From positions 44,726 through 108,725 of the forward strand of contig JAEEMI010000016.1 in NCBI GenBank assembly GCA_016283155.1: a DNA stretch of 64,000 nucleotides. Direction: 5' to 3'. Origin of the DNA: Clostridia bacterium. GTDB taxonomy: Bacteria; Bacillota; Clostridia; Christensenellales; UBA1242. The translations under genes and the position numbers were made by a program. Positions 53,353-62,105 of the stretch are shown here, in pieces (position 1 is the first letter of the stretch; every line of letters starts with the position of its first letter). The notes beneath the pieces were generated by a model that saw only the letters and a list, made by a program, of their open reading frames with translations, made no database searches and was not told the origin of the DNA.

Positions 53353-54141
53353 GTGTTAAAAATCCAAACATTAAGTAGCGGTAGCGCAGGTAATATTACT
53401 TATATTGGTAGTGCAACTACTGGTATCTTAGTTGATGTCGGTTTACCATTGTCAATGACATTGAAATTAATGAGTCAAGCCAATATTGATCCACATTCAA
53501 TTACCGGTCTGGTAATTACTCACGAACATAGTGATCATATCAAAGGCGTGGCTGATTTTGTAACGCAATACAACATACCAATTTATTGCTACAATCGTTG
53601 CGCTAAAGTGCTCCGTCGTAATTTAAAACTACCACCACACCATTTTATTGAAACAGAAAGTAATTTCTATATTGGTGATATTAACGTTAATTGTTTTCCT
53701 GTTCCACACGATAGTCAATTTTGTTTAGGTTATACATTTCACTATAACAATCTATCAGTTGGTATTGCAACTGACATAGGACAAATGACTGATATTATTC
53801 TAGCAAATTTAGCTACTTGTCAAATTGTTGTAATTGAAAGTAATCACGATGTCCAAAAACTAATGGCTAATCCTAAATACCCTGACTGGCTAAAACGTCG
53901 TATTTTAGGCAACCACGGTCACTTGTCTAACCTTGATTGTGGACGAGCGATTGCTAAATTACACCAAGCTAACGTATCGCAAATAATTTTAGCGCATTTA
54001 AGTGAAAAAAATAATACTCCTACTCTTGCCTATCAAACCGTAAAACAATACCTACAAACCCAAGGAATCACCGAAGGAAAAGATATCTTTATTGACGTTG
54101 CCTTACAAAGTCAAATCGGTAATTGTTACTGTCTTGAATAA
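53353..54141 (+). CDS. MBL-fold metallo-hydrolase (YycJ/WalJ-like)
   Basis: 262-aa ORF with GTG start. LSSGSAGN, ITHEHSDHIKG and HGHLSN motifs. Confidence 0.85.
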   Translation: MLKIQTLSSGSAGNITYIGSATTGILVDVGLPLSMTLKLMSQANIDPHSITGLVITHEHSDHIKGVADFVTQYNIPIYCYNRCAKVLRRNLKLPPHHFIETESNFYIGDINVNCFPVPHDSQFCLGYTFHYNNLSVGIATDIGQMTDIILANLATCQIVVIESNHDVQKLMANPKYPDWLKRRILGNHGHLSNLDCGRAIAKLHQANVSQIILAHLSEKNNTPTLAYQTVKQYLQTQGITEGKDIFIDVALQSQIGNCYCLE

Positions 54142-57100
54142 TTATTTAGTTGTCATCTTATGACGCATACGGATAAAGATTAATGCACCGATTCCAGCAA
54201 TTCCCAGCACAACGGCCAAAATCACATAACCAAAAGTACTTTGTTCTTGTTCAATCGTCCAACTATCACTATACACAATATCACCTTCAGCATCACGCAC
54301 GGCAATACGGTAAATACCTGCACCCGAAGTTGTAAACAATTCTTGAGCTGAATAGCTATCCGCCAATACACTACTATCAACAGTAATTTCTTGTTGAACT
54401 ACATAATCTTTTGTCAAAGTAATTGTCACATCACCTTGCGCCAAATACAACCAATATGGATTGTAATATAATGTTACCGAACCAACTGTTGAAGAACCAC
54501 TAGCACCACTCAAAATAAAATATGTACTTGCACTATTTGTTTTATGTTGTATGTTAAAACTAATTTCATAAAGAATATTAGTTTGTAAAATAGCATTATA
54601 AGCCTGCATTGTAACGACATATTTACCTGGATTATTATTGGCATCAAATGATATATATGTATCATTTGCATCTCGTACAATATAGTTATCAGTATTGTGA
54701 ATGTTATATCCGTCACGCGTAATTGAAATTACCGGAATATTGGGGTAAAGTGACATATTAAACGATTCACTAACTGTCAAGGACGGAATAATTTGGAACG
54801 AATATTCACCCGTTAATAAACTAGAAATTTCACCACCATTATTAGCATTAGGATTATAAATACGGTATTTCAAAATTATGTGATACTTGCCACTTTGATT
54901 CCAATAAAACACATTTTGCGCACCACTTACATCCATTTTTTCTTTGGTCGTACCATTTGAACCTGAATATGTCACTTCAATTTCGGTAACACAGAAATAT
55001 TGTTCAAAGAAATCTTTATTGGTCAAAGTAGTTATACCGCTACTAGCTAATAAATTATAATATTTCTTTAAAAAGCCACTACCATAATCAACCATCTTCA
55101 ATTCAACTTGATCATTATAAATCATACCACCAACTGGTTGATTTCCATTAATTTCAACAACTGGTTTTGTCATTACCGCTAATAAATAACGATCCTGTTG
55201 ATAATTAACATCACTTTCGTCATCGCTACTACCAAAATACAAATAGTTACCAATCAAGTCGTGAACCTTGAATTCATAATAACCAGCATCGCTCTGATTA
55301 ATAGTAAATACATCATTATGTTTTAATGTTTTAACCAAAATACCGTTATAATAACAATCTACCAAAATCAAATTACCAATTTGCGAATAACAGGGAGCCC
55401 CCTTATCATCATAACGAACGGAATCATCGCAATATAACTGAACAGTTAATTTTTCACCACGCGCCTTGGTCATAAAATTATTGTAGACAAAATTATATCC
55501 AGTACTTAACGGAACAAGATATGGATTATTATCAGCTGTGTTGGTTGGATTACCATTTAATTTTAAACGAATCGAATTATCACTAGGTAAACGACCTTTG
55601 TTAACACCTGTTGTGGCAAAATAAATTGGATTAGTATATGTCGGAACACCATTACTATCCTCACTAACTTTTAAAGCTAAACGCCAAATCAAAGTTTCGT
55701 TATATGGGTCATAATCATAATAATCCCAACCGTTTTCGTATCTACCAGCCAAAATACGATTAGTTTGACCCTTGAGAATTTCCAGCCCGTGTTTATCATA
55801 TTGAGTAATCGGATATGGAGCATTTATACTTTCGTCAAACGTTGTGCTGAAAATGTAACGCGTAATCGCAATCTCTTTGCCATTTACCGTATATTTATAA
55901 TCGCTATCGCTAGCTTGAATTTGCTTACCATCATCTTTAACTACTACCAAAGTATCATTAATTTGTACAATTTCAAATTTGAACGTTTGTTTAGCCCAAA
56001 CTGTGTTACGTAAAGTAACCTCGTATTTGCCTTCCTGATAGAAAGTAACTTTATTAGTATCTGGTTTTAAAGTTACCGATTCTACCTGATTATTTAAAGT
56101 ACGCGTATAAGAAATTGTAACAGGAAACATTGTGGTAAGTGTACTTCGACTAATATCAAAAGTAACCGCACTGACGAATGATTGTCCTTCAACTTCAATT
56201 AATTGATCACTCGCATTTTTCCATTCAACGTTTGGTAAACGAGTATCAAAGGCAAAAGTTTTATCAAATAAGATTGCCCCACTGGCACGACCAGTTGCAA
56301 CAATATGATACATCTGCACTGTCGATAAATTACTTTGAGGTTTAAAAGTATAATAAATCATATCATTACTAATAAACGATTGTAAATCATTCAACAATGT
56401 GTCAGTATTAGCATCATAAATTAAAACTGTATAAACAGTACGTAAATAACTAAAACTTACCCCACGTTCATCACCGACATAAATGATTCCATTTCTTGTT
56501 ACAGTGTTACCATACGCTGAGAAGTTAATTGTACTATGTGATTGTTTATGATATTCAGTTGTACTAACACGACCAAATGGATCAGTAACCTTGATAACAA
56601 ATTCGTGCGAAACATCAAGATAGATGGTTGTACCAGACAATGAAAAATGAATATTAGGCACTATTTCAGAAGTTGTTTTATCTTCAACTTCAATTTGGAA
56701 CAACGATGTTAAATTCTTATCCGATAAAATTCGTGGCAGACTGTTAAGATTAGTTACCTCCAAAGTAATCATATTACTGGTAATATTCGGTTGATAACAA
56801 TCCAATTGCATTTGTACAGCATCTTCACGTAAATTATAAAATTCAAATACTTCTACATCACCAATCCGATCGTATAGTTTATACGAACATTTTGTACCTT
56901 TTTCAGTAGCTACATTAATCCAATTATTCAAAGCATTAATCAAATTTTCTTCACTCTTAACTCCATTACCACTATCATTACCAATATGCCAACTCGCTCT
57001 ACTGCCTAAAACAGTATAATACTCATCACCACTCTCAAATTTGAAAGAATTGTTATGCAAGAAAAATTCGTGAACACTGGAAGCTGATGCACTCATTTCA

Positions 57101-60100
57101 ACACCAATTTGAATTTCGTCATTTTCATCACTAATCGCACCAATAAACGTAACAGCATTAACATAGTTGATACCTTGGACTTGAACCATATAACTGGTTA
57201 TGTGCCCCGCATAATCAGTTTCTGTGATGTAATAATATTTCATTTCGTTATCACGTAAACCAATTAGCGTAGCAAATGGTATACGTTCCTCACCTGTTTC
57301 ACCAGTATATAAACTAAATGCAATTGGTTGTTGTGAACCTTCACCAGTATAATCAACTTCACGATATGTAATCGTTTTTGCGTCCAGATAAGGATTATTA
57401 AGTCGGTCACTCTCAAAAACAAAATTAGCACTTAAACCATAGACATAATCACCAGGTAACTCTGTAGCATCCATCGTAGATGCTAAGTTATCCTCCGTCC
57501 TAATGCGGTTTAGATTATACTTTGGTTCAAAGCTATCAAACAAAATTATGTAATTCGTACGTGTGTTATCACAAGTAATTAGACTTACAGATAAACTCGC
57601 GCCATTTGTAATTGAAGTCGTATTCAGGAAATCTTCCATTAAATCAAAAGTACAAACGCCATTAACAGCGGTTGGCTCATTAAGCGATACCGACTGCGTA
57701 ACACCATTCACTTTCCAAATCCAACTTGCTGTTGTTGCACTTAAATCCACATCAGCATACATACTAGCAGGATCACTATTAAAACGGAATTGCAATTGAT
57801 CAACATTACGTGGGTCAAGAATATACCAGTAATTATTGCCGTCATATTGCATATCAGAGTTACTAATAATATTATTTTCACCTGTAACAATTTCGGCCTT
57901 GGTTCCAAAACCTGTATCAAGATTCAATGTAATACAATCCCAATTCGCACTAGTCGGAGCATTGGAATCTTTAAGTTCCACAACATTACCATCAACTAAG
58001 ATACAGGAAAGATTACGCGCATTATCAGCAATGATTAAATCATATACTGGACTATCAGTTCGACTTGCTGGATCACCAATTACCCACGGATTAGTTGATT
58101 TACCTTCTCCCAAAGCAACTGTTTGTCCATTGTTAATATAACTAAAACGTGGTGTTAACGCTGGGAAATCAAAACGATGCACCGTTTCAGATGAATTATT
58201 TTCAAGATAAGCCAAATGATTAGCGTGTTTAATTTCATAGTTAGTACTATCGTGTTTCCAAGAATATTTACTGTTAAATCCCGTTATCCAAGCGGTGCGA
58301 TTACTGCTTAATTCATATTTATCTCCTTTCTTACTATGGCTCAAGACTTCAGCATCAGCATCTTTCGCTTTTGGATATTGAGCATCTTTACTCTCAGCGA
58401 AACGAATCTTCAGGGTTGTTTGGTAATCATCTGCGTAATACAACATCTTTTGGTTATCAACAATGAAATAATAATCACGACTCCACGTATCGGGATACAT
58501 ATTGGAAGCATAGACACGTGTAATGATATACATACCAGACGGCGTAATCGTATTATCATTAAATAATGCTAAACGAATCGTACCGCCACTACTATCCTTA
58601 GCCGCATTATACAAATATATTCGACCATCATTATCTTGCCCCGGGAAATACTCAACAAGTCTACCATTAACTGTTGTCGTTGGTCGGTTTACTTGATATT
58701 CTGAAAACGGATAATTTGCTGATGTTACGTCATATGTGAATGGGTAATATTGTAAATACACGGTTTCAACACGATAAGTTTCACCAGCAGTTGCAGCTTT
58801 TTGTTCAAAAGAGAAAGTCACATAGGGACGATTTGTCATTCCCCCTGTACTGGTAACCAAACTTGTTCCCGAATCAGGTGTAGCGGTAATCATACCACGA
58901 TTAGAATGCTTCTCGTCAGTAGATAGATTAATGGGGTTTTCTTCAGCATAAACCATACCAAAACAACTATCGTGTGTTAGAACAATATAATATTCACCAA
59001 CATTTCCCAAAACATCAGTAACACGGAAATAATAGGTACCCTCTTGGTTTAAAACTAGATAACCATTGTTAATATCGGTTTGTGCAACATCACGGTAAAG
59101 ATCTCCAGACACACTCCATTCAACACGTGCTAATGGTATCTTAATTGATTGCTTGTTTTCAGTCATCACGCCCGAATTTCCCAAACTAGCAAAAATTGGT
59201 TGATACATTGTACCGCCAAAGGGATTGTTTTCTTGGCTTCGTTTGATTAATTTATTTTTACCAAAACCAATTTTAATTCCATCATCATCAAAACTAATAG
59301 TATTAGAAACTGAAGTTGGCTGACTACCACTTTGAATAAATGTTGGTGTACTATTATCAATAATCAAAACATATGGCGTTTCGTTACCAACTTCATCAAT
59401 CAAATTAAAACGATATAATCCAGCCATTGAAAACTTCTCCGATACCGTCCAACCACTCTCAGTCAACTTTGGAACCAAACTATTGGAAATTGAAATTGTT
59501 TTAGCAAATGAATACGCACTATACAAATCCGTAACTTTCGTTGATGGGAAATATGCATAATTTATTGCTAGGTTTGGATCAGCTACTGTTTTATCCGAAA
59601 CCATTTCGTAAAATTCATAATCGACACTAGCAAAATTAATTCCACTACTTTTACGATTCCAAGTTAAAGACACATCTCCTGCCCCAACAATTGCAACATT
59701 ATCTGGCAATGTATGATTTACGTCAGCTAATGACTTTGCTTGAGTATTAGCTCTAATTCCAGTTGCCTGAGTATCATCAACGACAATGTTAAAAATTGTT
59801 GTTGATTTACCGTGAGCACCATATTTAATGGTTAAACGATATTGACCTGGAATTAAACTAAATTCAAACGTACCATCTTCTTGCATTGTAATGTTTTGAT
59901 CAACATAAGTATATTTACCAAATTCCGCATACGCTAGAGTAACCATTGGTAAAACTTCAAATTTACCTAAAGTTGTTTTTCCATCATAACTTAAGCGAAC
60001 CTGATTACCTGCGATATGCAAATCCTTATTGATTTCCAATTCACCCGCATAGTATTTTTTAGTCTCATTATTAGCGGTAACTTCAAACGCGATATTCGCT

Positions 60101-62034
60101 GAATTTGTAATTTCAAAATAGAAAGTCTGTTGACATATTTCATTATTAACTTTGAAATAGATCACAACCAAGTATTGTCCGGCATCTTCAAACGGAGCAC
60201 CAACTTCCAAAGTTTTACTAGTCCATTCACTGGTGTGTCCCGTGCCGTAAAACGGACGGAAAGCCACTGTCGACAAGACCACAGCTTTTTCACCATTAAC
60301 ACCTGTTCCAGTAGCGTGTGCGACGTTACCTGACATTTTAACGGGTGGAAAGTTGGTTCTTACTGGCTGAATTGTTCCACTAGATGTAATGTAATTAGCT
60401 AAATCATTAGAATATTTCAAAGCATCCGTTACACGCATATGAGTGTAATCGACGACCGAACTGCTTTTATCAGCCGTTAAATTAGCACTACGTACCCACG
60501 CAGAAATATCACTACTAATATTTGCATTAGCACTATCGTAAAATGGCAATGGCCCATTATACTTTTCAGAAGCGTGTTGTCCACCATAATACGCTTGGAA
60601 ACCAAGAATATTCAAAACACTTGCATAGGGTTGATAACGCTTTAAAGTAACGTAACCATTATCAACGCCACGTAAATTAAAACTTTGTCGGTTATTATAT
60701 AAATAATCACTGTAGTACCGCAAAGTCGAAACCATCTGATATTCGCCGATGTTGTAGAATTTTAACTCACGTTCTTCATATCTTTCAGGATTCTCATAAT
60801 ACTTAGTTGAAGTTGCGATTTTAACATCAAAAAATGAAGCACGATAATTAACTACCGGATATTCGCTTTCGTATGAGTAATTATAAATTTCATTATTACC
60901 GGGTACGCGGTTATTGGTATTGAAACGCGGAAAATTAATGTAATTGGCTTTATTAACAATAATGAATGTAAATGATACATCAATCGGTGTATAAACACCA
61001 TCAGCTGTTGATACCATTTGTTTAAATGAAATTTCATAAACACCTTGATCACGGAACATACCACGCAAGGCTTTTGTATTGTACGCCACTGCCCCAATAC
61101 TATAGGAAGTATATTGATGTTCGTTCTGATTAAATACCAGTTGTCCCAACTGTACATTAGATTGATTATTTACTGTCAAACTATTATTATCACGATTTAC
61201 AATATACAATAAATTACCATTAGCATCACAAAGTTCAGTGCGCCCATTTCCAATGGTTTTAGCTTCAGTTAATTGATTAGTTATCGCATCGTACATATAT
61301 AAATATTCAGCATTAGTGTTTTTGATTTCAACAATATAACCTTCCATAGCGGTACTACTTGGAGCAAAAATCACATTCAATAAAGCCGTGGTTTTATCTG
61401 TATCATAAATCACTCCCGACATTGTGGTAAGCGTACTACTCGGAACACCTCGATAAACATTTTCTTCCGCATAAGTATTATCAACTGTATGAAGATTAAC
61501 ACCATTTTGAAAAGCAACGCCATCGCGTTTAATACTCAAATTAGTTGGCATCTCTTCAATGTTAGTTAACTCAAACAAAACGATGTCATCATAATTAAAT
61601 GGATCCAGCATTACCACCGGAATCTCCAAACTGTTTCCTAACCCCTTAGCAATCGAACGCATATCAACATTAGAAAAAACTGGATATGGCTCGGACGTAC
61701 GATAAGTAGACTGAAGATTACGATATGAACGATTACTAATTGGTTTAGCGTTTAAGAATTCGGTTAAGATACCACGCTCATAACGTTCGGTAGTTAGTGT
61801 CAATTTAGCACGTTGTCCTAACTCAGTTGTTCCGGTATCAGCCGCACTAAATGAAATTTTTTCATATAAATCATCAAACGTTGGAATATAATTTGGATCG
61901 ATTGTTGAAGATTCCGCCACTGCGCTAGAAAAAGTATCACGGAAATTATAAAGCAAGCTTGCCCCGAATAAAGCCAGCACGACCGTTACGCTCAAGATAG
62001 TCAGCGCAATAATTCTACCACGGCTATACTTCAT
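54142..62034 (-). CDS. giant (2,630 aa) surface protein with N-terminal and C-terminal TM helices and many Ig-like beta-sandwich modules
   Basis: Uninterrupted 7,893-nt ORF. ATG with GGGGGAA SD 5 nt upstream. N-terminal TM IIALTILSVTVVLALFGASLL and C-terminal TM FGYVILAVVLGIAGIGALIFI followed by RMRHKMTTK. At least 10 copies of G-x-Y-x-hydrophobic-x-hydrophobic-x-D-x-x-G(N) (e.g. EGTYYFRVTDVLGN, AGLYRFNLIDEVGN, AGYYEFKVHDLIGN, GIYRIAVRDAEGD). Confidence 0.85.
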   Translation of the reverse strand: MKYSRGRIIALTILSVTVVLALFGASLLYNFRDTFSSAVAESSTIDPNYIPTFDDLYEKISFSAADTGTTELGQRAKLTLTTERYERGILTEFLNAKPISNRSYRNLQSTYRTSEPYPVFSNVDMRSIAKGLGNSLEIPVVMLDPFNYDDIVLFELTNIEEMPTNLSIKRDGVAFQNGVNLHTVDNTYAEENVYRGVPSSTLTTMSGVIYDTDKTTALLNVIFAPSSTAMEGYIVEIKNTNAEYLYMYDAITNQLTEAKTIGNGRTELCDANGNLLYIVNRDNNSLTVNNQSNVQLGQLVFNQNEHQYTSYSIGAVAYNTKALRGMFRDQGVYEISFKQMVSTADGVYTPIDVSFTFIIVNKANYINFPRFNTNNRVPGNNEIYNYSYESEYPVVNYRASFFDVKIATSTKYYENPERYEERELKFYNIGEYQMVSTLRYYSDYLYNNRQSFNLRGVDNGYVTLKRYQPYASVLNILGFQAYYGGQHASEKYNGPLPFYDSANANISSDISAWVRSANLTADKSSSVVDYTHMRVTDALKYSNDLANYITSSGTIQPVRTNFPPVKMSGNVAHATGTGVNGEKAVVLSTVAFRPFYGTGHTSEWTSKTLEVGAPFEDAGQYLVVIYFKVNNEICQQTFYFEITNSANIAFEVTANNETKKYYAGELEINKDLHIAGNQVRLSYDGKTTLGKFEVLPMVTLAYAEFGKYTYVDQNITMQEDGTFEFSLIPGQYRLTIKYGAHGKSTTIFNIVVDDTQATGIRANTQAKSLADVNHTLPDNVAIVGAGDVSLTWNRKSSGINFASVDYEFYEMVSDKTVADPNLAINYAYFPSTKVTDLYSAYSFAKTISISNSLVPKLTESGWTVSEKFSMAGLYRFNLIDEVGNETPYVLIIDNSTPTFIQSGSQPTSVSNTISFDDDGIKIGFGKNKLIKRSQENNPFGGTMYQPIFASLGNSGVMTENKQSIKIPLARVEWSVSGDLYRDVAQTDINNGYLVLNQEGTYYFRVTDVLGNVGEYYIVLTHDSCFGMVYAEENPINLSTDEKHSNRGMITATPDSGTSLVTSTGGMTNRPYVTFSFEQKAATAGETYRVETVYLQYYPFTYDVTSANYPFSEYQVNRPTTTVNGRLVEYFPGQDNDGRIYLYNAAKDSSGGTIRLALFNDNTITPSGMYIITRVYASNMYPDTWSRDYYFIVDNQKMLYYADDYQTTLKIRFAESKDAQYPKAKDADAEVLSHSKKGDKYELSSNRTAWITGFNSKYSWKHDSTNYEIKHANHLAYLENNSSETVHRFDFPALTPRFSYINNGQTVALGEGKSTNPWVIGDPASRTDSPVYDLIIADNARNLSCILVDGNVVELKDSNAPTSANWDCITLNLDTGFGTKAEIVTGENNIISNSDMQYDGNNYWYILDPRNVDQLQFRFNSDPASMYADVDLSATTASWIWKVNGVTQSVSLNEPTAVNGVCTFDLMEDFLNTTSITNGASLSVSLITCDNTRTNYIILFDSFEPKYNLNRIRTEDNLASTMDATELPGDYVYGLSANFVFESDRLNNPYLDAKTITYREVDYTGEGSQQPIAFSLYTGETGEERIPFATLIGLRDNEMKYYYITETDYAGHITSYMVQVQGINYVNAVTFIGAISDENDEIQIGVEMSASASSVHEFFLHNNSFKFESGDEYYTVLGSRASWHIGNDSGNGVKSEENLINALNNWINVATEKGTKCSYKLYDRIGDVEVFEFYNLREDAVQMQLDCYQPNITSNMITLEVTNLNSLPRILSDKNLTSLFQIEVEDKTTSEIVPNIHFSLSGTTIYLDVSHEFVIKVTDPFGRVSTTEYHKQSHSTINFSAYGNTVTRNGIIYVGDERGVSFSYLRTVYTVLIYDANTDTLLNDLQSFISNDMIYYTFKPQSNLSTVQMYHIVATGRASGAILFDKTFAFDTRLPNVEWKNASDQLIEVEGQSFVSAVTFDISRSTLTTMFPVTISYTRTLNNQVESVTLKPDTNKVTFYQEGKYEVTLRNTVWAKQTFKFEIVQINDTLVVVKDDGKQIQASDSDYKYTVNGKEIAITRYIFSTTFDESINAPYPITQYDKHGLEILKGQTNRILAGRYENGWDYYDYDPYNETLIWRLALKVSEDSNGVPTYTNPIYFATTGVNKGRLPSDNSIRLKLNGNPTNTADNNPYLVPLSTGYNFVYNNFMTKARGEKLTVQLYCDDSVRYDDKGAPCYSQIGNLILVDCYYNGILVKTLKHNDVFTINQSDAGYYEFKVHDLIGNYLYFGSSDDESDVNYQQDRYLLAVMTKPVVEINGNQPVGGMIYNDQVELKMVDYGSGFLKKYYNLLASSGITTLTNKDFFEQYFCVTEIEVTYSGSNGTTKEKMDVSGAQNVFYWNQSGKYHIILKYRIYNPNANNGGEISSLLTGEYSFQIIPSLTVSESFNMSLYPNIPVISITRDGYNIHNTDNYIVRDANDTYISFDANNNPGKYVVTMQAYNAILQTNILYEISFNIQHKTNSASTYFILSGASGSSTVGSVTLYYNPYWLYLAQGDVTITLTKDYVVQQEITVDSSVLADSYSAQELFTTSGAGIYRIAVRDAEGDIVYSDSWTIEQEQSTFGYVILAVVLGIAGIGALIFIRMRHKMTTK

Positions 62035-62061
62035 TCGTATTCCCCCAACATAGTATGTTTA

Positions 62062-62090
62062 ATTATAAGTTTTATATTTGGTATCGTCAA
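62062..62090 (-). promoter_or_regulatory. promoter of the 2,630-aa gene
   Basis: Minus-strand TTGACG-17 nt-TATAAT within the 71-nt gap after the coupling-protein gene. Paralogous to 49618-49646. Confidence 0.6.
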
Positions 62091-62105
62091 TCAAAACACA
62101 ATGGC

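Noticed and set aside
54510-61157. Small track ORFs nested in the 2,630-aa gene.
   Set aside because: They are rejected for the same reasons as those inside the 7,116-aa gene: nested, no RBS and no motifs.
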